DNA of 64,000 bases from an uncultured Rhodoluna sp. (GTDB lineage: Bacteria; Actinomycetota; Actinomycetes; Actinomycetales; Microbacteriaceae): positions 27,040-91,039 of the forward strand of contig CAZGZW010000001.1 in assembly GCA_964530255.1 (NCBI GenBank). The letters run 5' to 3'. Of the stretch, positions 51,065 through 60,704 are shown piece by piece. Positions within the stretch are counted from its first letter, which is position 1, and the number at the start of each line of letters is the position of its first letter. Below the pieces are notes generated by a model that saw only the letters and a program-made list of their open reading frames with translations, did no database searches and was not told the DNA's origin. The translations under genes and the position numbers were made by a program.

Positions 51065-52717
51065 ATGAAGAAAAAAATGATCATGTTGGCCTTAGTGGCA
51101 AGTGCTGCTATGTTGGTTTCGGTTACTGCTCCAGCAATTTCCGCTGAGAAAATAAGTGTCCGCCTGGTTTCAACGATTGTGTCTGGAAATGGCGAATTAG
51201 GTGCTGAGATTCCAGCTTTCCACGCCAAATCCAAGAGGATTTTCGCTACTAACGGTGCAACCAATTCCATCGATATTTATGACATTGGAAACCCAGCCAA
51301 GCCTAAGAAAATAAAAGCTGTTTCGCTGGATGAGTATGGCAACAACCTAACTTCGGTAGCCGCCGGTAAAGATGTCATAGTTGCGGTGGTTGGCACCAAT
51401 CCAACATTTTCTAGCTCAGGTTCACCAAGCCTCAGCGAGGGAAAAGTGGTTGTTCTCGATGCAAACGGAAAAATTCTTTCATCAGCAAGCGTGAAAGGCT
51501 TCCAGCCAGACGCAGTAACTTTCACTCCCGACGGTAAGACCGCGGTAGTTGCTATCGAAGCCGAACCAATCTGTGCATTAGATGATCCTTCAACTGCAAG
51601 TGTCAATGAATCACTCGACTACTCAAAAGCTGTCGATGAAGAAGGCGGTATTGCAATCGTGAATCTTGCCAATCCGAAGAAACCTAGCGTTCGGTTTGCC
51701 GGATTCGCGTCTTTCAGTGTCAACGATGCAAGATCTGCTGGCCTAGTCATCAACAAAACTGTTAATAGTGTCGCTGAGGATGTCGAGCCAGAATATGTTT
51801 CGACTCCAACCAATTTCAAAGCAATCGTTACCCTTCAGGAAGCTAACGGAATTGCCGAAGTCGACTTGAAAACCGCAAAAGTTTCAAAAATATATTCGGC
51901 TGCAGTAATCGATCGCGGAACCATTGCGACTGACCTCAGCGACAAAGATAAAAATTCCAGTTTGGTGACCTATCCGGGAGTTAAGAGCAATTCGCAGCCT
52001 GACGCTGTTGCTTCCTATCAGGTGGGAAACGACACTTATTTTGCAACTGCCGGCGAGGGCGATGCCCGCGAATGGAGCTGTCTGACCGATGACGTGCGCG
52101 GTAGCAAATTGGTTGTTGACTCTGCGAAGTGGCCGAATTGGGGCACTCTCAAGCTCGATGACGCCCTTGGCCGAGCAAAAGTTGATCCAAATGCTGGAGA
52201 TATAGATGCCGACGGCGACATTGACGAGATTACGACTCGCGGATCGCGTTCGGTTTCACTGTTCAAAAACGGAAAACTGATTTGGGACAGTGGCAACCTG
52301 CTGGAAAGCACTTTGATTTCAAAGTTTGGATTTGCAAACTTGAATGGCTCTCACGTTGCTCGTTCGACCGACAAATCGCTAATTGATTACGTCGGACAGG
52401 ATCGCTCAGACGATAAGGGTGTTGAGCCAGAGGGTGTAGCTGTTGGGGTTGTCGGAAAATCGAGGATTGCTGTCGTAGGAATGGAGAGAACCAGCTCGTT
52501 GGCTTTCCTTGACATCTCCAACCCGGTCAAACCAACTCTGTTCTCATGGCAGCAAATGCAGCCCATGTTGACGACTCCGCTCGACATGTCGACTGCCTGG
52601 TCGCCAGAAGGAGTGATTTTTGTTGCTGCTGATAAGTCACCAACAAAAAAAGCGCTAGTTATTACTTCGTACGAGGTTAGTGGCTCAATTACGATTCACG
52701 AACTAACCGCTAAATAA
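51065..52717 (+). CDS. secreted beta-propeller-like protein (choice-of-anchor I / phytase-like repeat family)
   Basis: A signal peptide MKKKMIMLALVASAAMLVSVTAPAISA is present. The recurring motifs QPDAV, EPEYV and EPEGV are present. A DADGDIDE loop is present. No C-terminal sorting signal is visible. Confidence 0.55.
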   Translation: MKKKMIMLALVASAAMLVSVTAPAISAEKISVRLVSTIVSGNGELGAEIPAFHAKSKRIFATNGATNSIDIYDIGNPAKPKKIKAVSLDEYGNNLTSVAAGKDVIVAVVGTNPTFSSSGSPSLSEGKVVVLDANGKILSSASVKGFQPDAVTFTPDGKTAVVAIEAEPICALDDPSTASVNESLDYSKAVDEEGGIAIVNLANPKKPSVRFAGFASFSVNDARSAGLVINKTVNSVAEDVEPEYVSTPTNFKAIVTLQEANGIAEVDLKTAKVSKIYSAAVIDRGTIATDLSDKDKNSSLVTYPGVKSNSQPDAVASYQVGNDTYFATAGEGDAREWSCLTDDVRGSKLVVDSAKWPNWGTLKLDDALGRAKVDPNAGDIDADGDIDEITTRGSRSVSLFKNGKLIWDSGNLLESTLISKFGFANLNGSHVARSTDKSLIDYVGQDRSDDKGVEPEGVAVGVVGKSRIAVVGMERTSSLAFLDISNPVKPTLFSWQQMQPMLTTPLDMSTAWSPEGVIFVAADKSPTKKALVITSYEVSGSITIHELTAK

Positions 52718-52730
52718 ATAATCAACAATA

Positions 52731-52771
52731 AAAAAGGTTGAGCCTGTCACGTATTGACAGGCTCAACCTTT
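52731..52771. terminator. bidirectional intrinsic terminator between the secreted propeller gene (+) and the kgd operon (-)
   Basis: A 14-bp stem GGTTGAGCCTGTCA/TGACAGGCTCAACC has the loop CGTAT. It is flanked by AAAA and TTTT. Confidence 0.8.
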
Positions 52772-52774
52772 TAA

Positions 52775-53389
52775 CTAGACGTCTGGGTTTCTAAGACCTA
52801 ACCATTCGTACCATCCGCGATTTAGAACCAACCAAGCGATCAGTCCGTGGCCAATTTGACCAGGCAGGCCTTGTTTAGATGCGGCTAGGTCGTTATTCCA
52901 GCCCTCGTGCGAAACCAGCGGGCTGAAGCAATCTACAAACGGAATTTTCCGGCGGCTAGCCACATCTTCGAAGCCATGGGAAAGATGCTCAATTTCAGGG
53001 TTTAGCGCCGGGTTGATATGTGGTGTCGGGCCGACTAAAAATGTTTCGATTCCTGAGCGTTTGGCCTCGTCGATTATGGTGGCAACATTGAGTCGACTGC
53101 GCGAGAGCGATATTCCTGCAGCTGGGTCTGCATTACCGAGGGCTAAAACCAGTCGGTTTTCCGTTTCACTGCTGAATCGGCGTTTGATTTCACTAGCCCA
53201 TCGCTCAGCCAGCATCGAAGTTGTTTCGTTCGGCGCAGGTAGCGAATAGATCTGAATGTTTCTTTGGTCAAGCGGGGTTTTAGCAGTAACCCTGCCTACC
53301 CAACCCAAACCTTTAGGATCGCCAGCTGAAGACGCAAGTGCATCGCCGAGGATGACAATTCGCAGGTCTTTTTCTGGCGTTTCAGTCAT
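52775..53389 (-). CDS. SGNH/GDSL-fold protein lacking the canonical catalytic Ser/His by eye
   Basis: Block I reads ILGDALAS rather than GDS. Block III GNAD is retained. The start lies 2 nt after the kgd stop, so it is probably co-transcribed. Confidence 0.55.
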   Translation of the reverse strand: MTETPEKDLRIVILGDALASSAGDPKGLGWVGRVTAKTPLDQRNIQIYSLPAPNETTSMLAERWASEIKRRFSSETENRLVLALGNADPAAGISLSRSRLNVATIIDEAKRSGIETFLVGPTPHINPALNPEIEHLSHGFEDVASRRKIPFVDCFSPLVSHEGWNNDLAASKQGLPGQIGHGLIAWLVLNRGWYEWLGLRNPDV

Positions 53390-53391
53390 TT

Positions 53392-56300
53392 CTAGCTATT
53401 GAAGGCTCTGGCGATCAAGTCAGCTTGCTCTGCCGCGTGCTGCTTCGCTGAACCGGTTGCGGGGGAAGCAGAAGCTGGTCGTGAAACGAGCTTTGCGACC
53501 TGGCCGCCCATGTAGCGAGGCAAGAAGAGGCCAATGTATGTCCATGGGCCTTGGTTGGCAGGCTCGTCTTGAACCCAAACCAGTTCAGCATTCGGGTAGG
53601 TTGCATAAACCGACTTGATTTCATCAACCGGGGTTGGGTAAAGCTGTTCAACGCGAACAATTGCTGTGGTCTTGTCGTTGCGTTTCTGAGCTTCGGCCAA
53701 GAGGTCCCAGTAAACCTTGCCTGAACAGAACAGCACACGCTTGACAGCATTCTTGTCTAGCCCCTGCTGATCGTCGATAACGGTCTGGAAGGTTCCGTTG
53801 GTGAAATCTTCGACAGCTGAAGATGCAGCCTTTAGGCGCAGCATCGACTTCGGGCTAAAGATCACTAGCGGGCGCTTCGGGCTTGAGTAAGCCTGGCGAC
53901 GGAGAAGGTGGAAGTGGTTAGCCGGTGTCGAAGGCTGAGCAACGGTCATGTTGTTCTGCGCACAAAGCTGCAGGTAGCGCTCAATTCGTGCCGACGAGTG
54001 GTCAGGACCCTGACCCTCGTAACCGTGAGGCAGAAGTAAGACCACACCAGAGTGTTGTCCCCATTTTTGCTCGGCAGACGAAATGAACTCATCGATGATG
54101 GTCTGAGCACCGTTGGCAAAGTCACCAAACTGGGCTTCCCAGAGAACTAGTGCATCTTGGTTTTCCACGGCATAGCCGTATTCGTAACCCATCGCTGCGT
54201 ATTCGCTAAGCAGTGAGTCGTAAATGTAGAACTTCGCCTGGTCGGCAGAAAGGTTGCGAAGTGGCATCCATTCTTGTCCGTTTTCACGATCGTGGAATAC
54301 TGCGTGACGCTGCACGAATGTTCCGCGACGGCTGTCTTGGCCTGCCATACGTACGGCCTTGCCTTCGAGCAAGAGCGAACCAAATGCCAGTAGTTCTCCG
54401 AAGCCCCAGTCAATGCCACCCTCGCGAGACATTTCGACTCGTTTGGCAAGCAACTGCTGCAATTTTGGATGCACGTTGAAAGCAGGTGGTTGATTGGCGT
54501 GTGCGTTGCCAATTAGTTCAACGGTTTCGCGGCTAATTGCGGTGGCTCGCTCGATGCCGGTGTGGTCACTGGCAGTTGTTCCAATTCCGATTGGGCGAGG
54601 CTGTAGTTCAACCGGTTTGCTCATCGCCTCGTGAACGTCAACAAAAGCCTGCTCTAGGCGGTTTTGGAAGTTGGCATTCGCAGTTTCGAAGTCTTCTCGA
54701 GTGATGTCGCCACGGCCAACCAACGACTCTAGGTACAGAGTGCGAACAGAGCGCTTGGCTTCAATCAGGTTGTACATCAGCGGCTGAGTCATCGACGGGT
54801 CATCGCCCTCGTTGTGACCGCGGCGACGGTAGCAAATGATGTCGATGACGACATCTTTCTTGAATTCTTGACGGAATTCGAGTGCCAGACGAGCTACACG
54901 AACCACTGCTTCGGGGTCATCTCCGTTGACGTGGAAAATTGGGGCCTGAATTGCCTTAGCAACGTCGGTTGAGTAAACCGTCGAGCGTGACTCACTTGGT
55001 GGTGTGGTAAACCCGACCTGGTTGTTGATCACGATGTTGATGGTTCCGCCGGTCTTGTAGCCGCGAAGCTGAGACATGTTGAGAGTTTCAGGGACAACAC
55101 CTTGGCCAGCAAATGCAGCGTCGCCGTGAATGATGATTGGCAACACTGGGAATTCATCTTTAGGAATTGCGTTGAAGCGGTCGAGCTTGGCACGAACGAT
55201 ACCTTCGACCACCGGGTTAACGGCCTCGAGGTGCGAAGGGTTGGCGGCTAGCGATACTTTGACCTGTTTGCCTTCCATGTTGGTGAAGACACCTTCTGTT
55301 CCAAGGTGGTACTTAACGTCACCCGAGCCCTGAACAGTCTTTGTGTCGGTGTTGCCCTCGAACTCGCGGAACACTTGGCCATAAGTTTTGCCCGCAACGT
55401 TGGTAAGAACGTTTAGTCGACCGCGGTGAGCCATTCCAATGACTACCTCATCGAGCCCAAAATTTGCAGACTCTTGCAAAATTTCATCAAGCGCGGCGAT
55501 GGTTGACTCGCCACCCTCGAGGCTGAAACGCTTCTGTCCGACAAACTTGGTCTGCAGGAATGTCTCAAATGCCTCTGCCTCATTCAGCTTCTCTAAAATT
55601 CGAAGTTGTTCTTCGCGAGTTGGCTTTGAGTAGGGGCGTTCAAGTTTCTCTTGGAACCAGGCGCGCTGAGCAGGGTCTTGAATGTGCATGTACTCGACAC
55701 CGACGGTGCGACAGTAGCTGTCACGCAAGATTTTGTAGATGTCTCGGAATTGCATCTTCGGCTTGCCGCCAAAACCACCGGTTTTGAAAGTTCGATCAAG
55801 GTCCCAGAGGCTCAGGCCGTGGTTGTTGATGTCAAGGTCTGGGTGCGAACGCTGCTGGTACTCGAGTGGGTCGATGTCAGCCATTAGATGACCGCGAACT
55901 CGGTACTGGTTGATTAGTTCTTGGATGCGCGACTCTTTGGTGCGGTCGTCATCTTCATTGCGCTCAAAATCAGTTACCCATCGAACGGGCTCGTACGGAA
56001 TTCTGAGGTCGTTGAAAATTTCCTCGTAAAAGCCTCGAGCGCCAAGCAGCAACTCGTGAATTTTCTTCAGGAACTCACCCGACCCGGCACCCTGAATTAC
56101 TCGGTGGTCGTAGGTAGAGGTGAGGGTGATGGTTTTGCTGATACCTAATTTCGACAGCTGGGCGTCAGACATACCCTGGAATTCTGCAGGGTAGTCAAGT
56201 GCTCCGGCGCCGACGATGCAACCCTGACCCTTCATAAGTCGCGGTACTGAGTGAACAGTTCCAATTCCACCAGGGTTGGTGAGCGAAATAGTAGATCCTG

Positions 56301-57135
56301 CGAAATCACCTGCGGTTAATTTATTTTCGCGAGCGCGCTTGACCAGGTCCTCGTAGGCGCCAAGGTACTCAGCAAAGTTGAGTCTCTGGGCGCGCTTGAT
56401 GTTTGGAACCAAAAGAGCACGAGTGCCATCTTCTTTAGGGATGTCGATTGCCAAACCGAAATTGATGTTTGCTGGAGTAACAGCAGCTGGTTTTTCGTCA
56501 ACTAGGTCGTAGTAAACGTTTTGGCTTGGAAATTCTTTTAGCGCCCTGATGATGGCGTAGCCGATGATGTGAGTGAACGAGACTTTTCCGCCTCGAGTTC
56601 TGGCCAGATGTGAGTTGATGACAATTCGATTGTCGATCATCAATTTTGCTGGGATGGTTCGTACCGAAGTCGCGGTCGGTACTTCGATAGATGCATCCAT
56701 GTTGCTGGCAAGAGCCTTTGACATGCCCTTGAGAATGTTTACCTGGTCTTCTTCGGTTTCTTCGGCGACGGTGTCGATTAACGACGTAACTGGGGCTTGG
56801 GCGGGGATAGGTTGAGGTTTTGCTTCGACACGAGTGGTTTTTGCCACCATCTGAGCGTCTGAGTTTGCTGCTGGAACAGTCGGAGTAGGTGCCGGTGCCG
56901 GTTGAGCCGGGGTCGAAACCGGTGCTGGGGTTGAAGTTACCGTTGCGCTGGTGCTTGATGCCGGGTGGTACTTCTCGAGAATCGGCCACCAGGCCTTATC
57001 TACCGAGTCGGGGTTGGCTTTGTACTGCTCGTACATTTCGTCAACTAGCCAATCGTTGGCACCGAAATCATTTTCGCCGTTGAAATTTTCACTGTTGCCA
57101 GACAGAGAAACCACCTCTAACCATTGTCCGTTCAA
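53392..57135 (-). CDS. kgd: multifunctional 2-oxoglutarate decarboxylase/dehydrogenase E1 with fused succinyltransferase (E2-like) domain
   Basis: The protein is 1247 aa. An Ala/Pro-rich linker is present. The acyltransferase motif YDHRVIQGA and the TPP motif GDAAFAGQG are present. The N-terminal motif NDWLVDEMYEQY matches actinobacterial Kgd/OdhA. The TTG start is uncertain. Confidence 0.95.
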   Translation of the reverse strand: MNGQWLEVVSLSGNSENFNGENDFGANDWLVDEMYEQYKANPDSVDKAWWPILEKYHPASSTSATVTSTPAPVSTPAQPAPAPTPTVPAANSDAQMVAKTTRVEAKPQPIPAQAPVTSLIDTVAEETEEDQVNILKGMSKALASNMDASIEVPTATSVRTIPAKLMIDNRIVINSHLARTRGGKVSFTHIIGYAIIRALKEFPSQNVYYDLVDEKPAAVTPANINFGLAIDIPKEDGTRALLVPNIKRAQRLNFAEYLGAYEDLVKRARENKLTAGDFAGSTISLTNPGGIGTVHSVPRLMKGQGCIVGAGALDYPAEFQGMSDAQLSKLGISKTITLTSTYDHRVIQGAGSGEFLKKIHELLLGARGFYEEIFNDLRIPYEPVRWVTDFERNEDDDRTKESRIQELINQYRVRGHLMADIDPLEYQQRSHPDLDINNHGLSLWDLDRTFKTGGFGGKPKMQFRDIYKILRDSYCRTVGVEYMHIQDPAQRAWFQEKLERPYSKPTREEQLRILEKLNEAEAFETFLQTKFVGQKRFSLEGGESTIAALDEILQESANFGLDEVVIGMAHRGRLNVLTNVAGKTYGQVFREFEGNTDTKTVQGSGDVKYHLGTEGVFTNMEGKQVKVSLAANPSHLEAVNPVVEGIVRAKLDRFNAIPKDEFPVLPIIIHGDAAFAGQGVVPETLNMSQLRGYKTGGTINIVINNQVGFTTPPSESRSTVYSTDVAKAIQAPIFHVNGDDPEAVVRVARLALEFRQEFKKDVVIDIICYRRRGHNEGDDPSMTQPLMYNLIEAKRSVRTLYLESLVGRGDITREDFETANANFQNRLEQAFVDVHEAMSKPVELQPRPIGIGTTASDHTGIERATAISRETVELIGNAHANQPPAFNVHPKLQQLLAKRVEMSREGGIDWGFGELLAFGSLLLEGKAVRMAGQDSRRGTFVQRHAVFHDRENGQEWMPLRNLSADQAKFYIYDSLLSEYAAMGYEYGYAVENQDALVLWEAQFGDFANGAQTIIDEFISSAEQKWGQHSGVVLLLPHGYEGQGPDHSSARIERYLQLCAQNNMTVAQPSTPANHFHLLRRQAYSSPKRPLVIFSPKSMLRLKAASSAVEDFTNGTFQTVIDDQQGLDKNAVKRVLFCSGKVYWDLLAEAQKRNDKTTAIVRVEQLYPTPVDEIKSVYATYPNAELVWVQDEPANQGPWTYIGLFLPRYMGGQVAKLVSRPASASPATGSAKQHAAEQADLIARAFNS

Positions 57136-57282
57136 TGAGCAGCCTTAAGCCTACCTTTTGAACCGGCTCTAAATTGAAAACTGCGCTTTTTCGCTAAATA
57201 CTTTTCTGATTCTTTTCGCCCTATGATTGGTTCAAATGGGTAATTCGGGGTATGACCATAGCCTCCACGAGGGTGGCTAACA

Positions 57283-58590
57283 ATGAACGAATGGCTTGCG
57301 CTGGCCTTTGGCGTGTTTCTAACAATAGGCACGGGCTTTTTTGTGGCCAGCGAATTTTCCCTTCTGAACGTTGAACGAAATGAGCTTGAGGCTCGAGCCG
57401 GCCGCGGTGAATCTGGGTTATCGGCTCCGATTAGGGCGCTAAAAAGAACTTCTACACATTTATCTGCAGCGCAACTCGGAATTACGCTGACCACGCTGCT
57501 GACCGGTTTTGTAGCTGAGCCGGCACTGACCAAGTTGCTAGAACCGACTTTGGTTCCTCTAGGGCTAAGCGGAGAAACTCTTTCTGCCGTTGCTTTAGTT
57601 ACCGCGATGGCAGTAGCCACAGTTTTTTCATTCCTGATCGGTGAGCTTCTGCCCAAGAACTTGGCACTGGCCATTCCGCTGCCAACGTTGAAATTTGTGG
57701 TTGGTTTTCAGTTAGCTTTCACCTGGGTGTTTAGTTGGATGATTCGTTTCCTAAACGCATCAGGTAACGCAATCGTGCGCAAACTGGGTATCGAACCCAA
57801 AGAAGAACTGAGTGCCGCTCGAAGTGCTGAAGAGCTTTCTTCGCTGGTTCGTCGTTCGGCAGTACTTGGTGCTCTCGACGCTCAAACCGCAACTTTGCTA
57901 ACTAAAACTTTGGCGCTAACTCAATTGGTTGCGGCCGATGTAATGACACCTCGCCCTCGCATGCAGGCGCTTGACAAAGCTGACTCGGTTTCCGATTTAG
58001 TAACTGCATCCATCAGGACCGGGTATTCACGTTTTCCAATTTTGGATGGCTCATCCGACGACGTGGTTGGTGTCGCACACATCAAGCAGGCTGCATCGGT
58101 TCCGAGAGAAAAACGCAGCGAAGTGCCATTGGCTGCAATCATGGTCGATGTAATTCGTGTCCCTGAGACCATGCGTCTCGAGACGCTAATGGGCGAACTG
58201 AGGGCCAAGGGTTTGCAGTTAGCCATCGTGGTAGACGAATACGGCGGAACTGCTGGGTTGGTAACGCTGGAAGATTTGGTTGAAGAGCTGGTTGGCGAGC
58301 TAGTCGATGAGCATGACCGCGCCAAAGCCGGAATCACCCGCGGTGCAAATTCTTCAATACTGTTCCCAGGAATGATTCGCCCTGATGAATTGGCTGAAAT
58401 GGCAATTCGAGTACCTGACGACGGAGCCTACGAAACGGTCGCCGGATACATCATGAGTCAGATTGGGCGCATGCCCCAGGTTGGGGATGAAGTTCCCCTA
58501 GACAACGGAACTCTTCGAGTCGAACGCCTAGACGGTCGACGTATCGATCGAGTTCGCTTTACCCCTGAATCGGGTGATGCAAATGTCTAG
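57283..58590 (+). CDS. CNNM/HlyC-CorC family transporter-like protein (DUF21 + CBS pair + CorC_HlyC domain)
   Basis: An N-terminal four-TM DUF21 domain and a CBS pair are present. A C-terminal CorC_HlyC-like segment (VAGYIMSQIGRMPQVGDEV...RIDRVRF) is present. Confidence 0.85.
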   Translation: MNEWLALAFGVFLTIGTGFFVASEFSLLNVERNELEARAGRGESGLSAPIRALKRTSTHLSAAQLGITLTTLLTGFVAEPALTKLLEPTLVPLGLSGETLSAVALVTAMAVATVFSFLIGELLPKNLALAIPLPTLKFVVGFQLAFTWVFSWMIRFLNASGNAIVRKLGIEPKEELSAARSAEELSSLVRRSAVLGALDAQTATLLTKTLALTQLVAADVMTPRPRMQALDKADSVSDLVTASIRTGYSRFPILDGSSDDVVGVAHIKQAASVPREKRSEVPLAAIMVDVIRVPETMRLETLMGELRAKGLQLAIVVDEYGGTAGLVTLEDLVEELVGELVDEHDRAKAGITRGANSSILFPGMIRPDELAEMAIRVPDDGAYETVAGYIMSQIGRMPQVGDEVPLDNGTLRVERLDGRRIDRVRFTPESGDANV

Positions 58591-59623
58591 CGAGTGGGCC
58601 GGCCTGATATGGCTAGTGGTTCTGCTGATTTCAAACGCGTTTTTTGTTGGTGCCGAGTTTGCGGTAATTGCCGCGCGTCGAGCTCAAATCGAACCAAGGG
58701 CAGAAGCCGGATCGCGACCCGCAAAAATTACCCTGGCCGCCATGGAACGTGTCTCACTGATGCTGGCTACTGCGCAACTTGGAATCACAGTTTCATCTCT
58801 CTTGATTCTGCTAATTGCCGAGCCGAGCATCCATCATTTGCTCGAATACCCGCTCGAAGCACTTGGTTTGCCTGAGGGTCTTGTCTCGGCGGTTTCGTTT
58901 ACTTTAGCGCTCCTGCTTGTTACCTATCTGCATGTTGTTATCGGTGAAATGGTGCCGAAAAACATAGCCATAGCAGTACCCGAGAGGTCGGCGCTAATTT
59001 TGGCACCACTACTTTACGGGGTTTCGATTGCGGTTCGCCCAATTGTGGCATCGATGAATGCGGTTACGAACTTCATTCTCAGAAGTTTCAGAATCGAGCC
59101 CAAAGATGAGGCAAATTCAGCCTTCACTCTTGATCAGGTTGAAGAAATCGTCGAACATTCGACTCGAGAAGGCGTGCTCAGCGACACGTCTGGTGCGCTG
59201 AGCAACACATTTGAATTCACCGAAAAACGGGTTGAAGATGTGGTGGTTAGGGTTGACGACTTAGTCAGCCTCGCCGAAACGGTGACACCGCGCCAGGTTG
59301 AGTCGGCAGTTGCGAAATATGGTTACTCAAGATTTCCACTTACTGATGAGTCGGGTGACATGGTGGGTTATCTTCACCTCAAAGACGTGATTGATCTTGA
59401 CGAAGATGAGTTTGATGAGCCATTTCCGGCCAAGCGGGTCAGAACGCTTGTGTCTTTGCCGGCAACCACTGAGCTCGAAGATGCCTTGGCCAGCATGCGC
59501 AGGGTCAACGCTCACGCAGCTAGGGTCTTCGACTCAAATGGATATGTGCTTGGCGTCATCTTCTTGGAGGACATTCTTGAAGAACTGGTCGGAGAGGTTC
59601 AAGACGCCTCGCAACGCGATTAG
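58574..59623 (+). CDS. CNNM family protein (DUF21 + CBS pair, no CorC_HlyC domain)
   Basis: It is a paralogue of the upstream gene and ends right after the CBS pair. Its start overlaps the upstream gene (candidate starts at 58574, 58577 and 58583). Confidence 0.85.
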   Translation: MMQMSSEWAGLIWLVVLLISNAFFVGAEFAVIAARRAQIEPRAEAGSRPAKITLAAMERVSLMLATAQLGITVSSLLILLIAEPSIHHLLEYPLEALGLPEGLVSAVSFTLALLLVTYLHVVIGEMVPKNIAIAVPERSALILAPLLYGVSIAVRPIVASMNAVTNFILRSFRIEPKDEANSAFTLDQVEEIVEHSTREGVLSDTSGALSNTFEFTEKRVEDVVVRVDDLVSLAETVTPRQVESAVAKYGYSRFPLTDESGDMVGYLHLKDVIDLDEDEFDEPFPAKRVRTLVSLPATTELEDALASMRRVNAHAARVFDSNGYVLGVIFLEDILEELVGEVQDASQRD

Positions 59624-59633
59624 TTTTTAGAGA

Positions 59634-60704
59634 CTAAAACTTCCCTCGTAAGTACTGGTTCGGCCAGTAGTTCACTTCAACATTTAGCTCTTTTGCAGCC
59701 CGCAGTGGCCAGTATGGATCTCTAAGCGAAGCGCGCCCGATCATCACAACTTCGACTTTTCCAGAGCTAATTACCCGGTCTGCCTGGCCGGCTTCAGTTA
59801 TTAGGCCGACGGCGCTGACCGGATTTTCAACCCGATTTGCCACAAATTCAGCCAACCGCACCTGATACCCAGGCCCCACGGGTATTTGAGCAGCAGCAAC
59901 TAACCCACCCGAAGAGATGTCAAAGAGGTCTGCGCCGGCGTCTGCGCACCAGGCTGCTACCTGGGCGGTCTGAGCTTCGTCGAAACCACCTTCGACGTAG
60001 TCGGTTGCGGAAAAACGCACAAATATTGGCATCTCTTCGCCAACGTTCTCTCGAATCGCAGTCACAACTTCTAGCAGAAAGCGTGCACGGTTTTCTAGCG
60101 AGCCACCGTACTGATCAGTCCGCAGGTTCGAAATGGGGCTGAGGAATTCATGAATTAGATAACCGTGAGCGGCGTGAATTTCTACGGCATCAAATCCGGC
60201 AGCTTTGGCTCTTCCAGCTGCAGCGGCCCAGTCAGACACCAGGTTGGCAATCTCGGCTTTATCTAATTCTCTTGGGGTGGTCAGTGAATCAAAGGCTATT
60301 GGTGATGGGGCAACGGGCTGCCAGCCGCCATGACTGATGTCGACGTTTTCTGACTTAGCCTGGTGGCGTTTGGTGCTGGCCTTTCGGCCGGCGTGGGCAA
60401 GCTGAACCGCTATTTTGGCTCCCTGGCTGTGAGCAAAATTCGTGATTTCTTTCCAAGACTGCAGCTGCAGGTCATTCCAAATTCCGGTGCACCAAGGGCT
60501 GATGCGACCTTCTGGAGAGACTGCTGTTGCCTCAACAATTACCAGCCCCGCGCCACCAACAGCCCTGCTTCCGTAGTGCACCAGATGCCATTGTGTCGGA
60601 ACGCCATCTTGTTGTTCACACGAATACTGGCACATTGGAGCGATCCAAATTCGATTTCTAACCTCTAGCGAGCGAATTTGAATTGGTTGAAAAAGGCGGC
60701 TCAT
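59634..60704 (-). CDS. NADH:flavin oxidoreductase (Old Yellow Enzyme family, YqjM/NamA-like)
   Basis: Motifs IAPMCQYS and HAAHGYLIHEFLSPISN are present. The size is 356 aa. Confidence 0.87.
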   Translation of the reverse strand: MSRLFQPIQIRSLEVRNRIWIAPMCQYSCEQQDGVPTQWHLVHYGSRAVGGAGLVIVEATAVSPEGRISPWCTGIWNDLQLQSWKEITNFAHSQGAKIAVQLAHAGRKASTKRHQAKSENVDISHGGWQPVAPSPIAFDSLTTPRELDKAEIANLVSDWAAAAGRAKAAGFDAVEIHAAHGYLIHEFLSPISNLRTDQYGGSLENRARFLLEVVTAIRENVGEEMPIFVRFSATDYVEGGFDEAQTAQVAAWCADAGADLFDISSGGLVAAAQIPVGPGYQVRLAEFVANRVENPVSAVGLITEAGQADRVISSGKVEVVMIGRASLRDPYWPLRAAKELNVEVNYWPNQYLRGKF

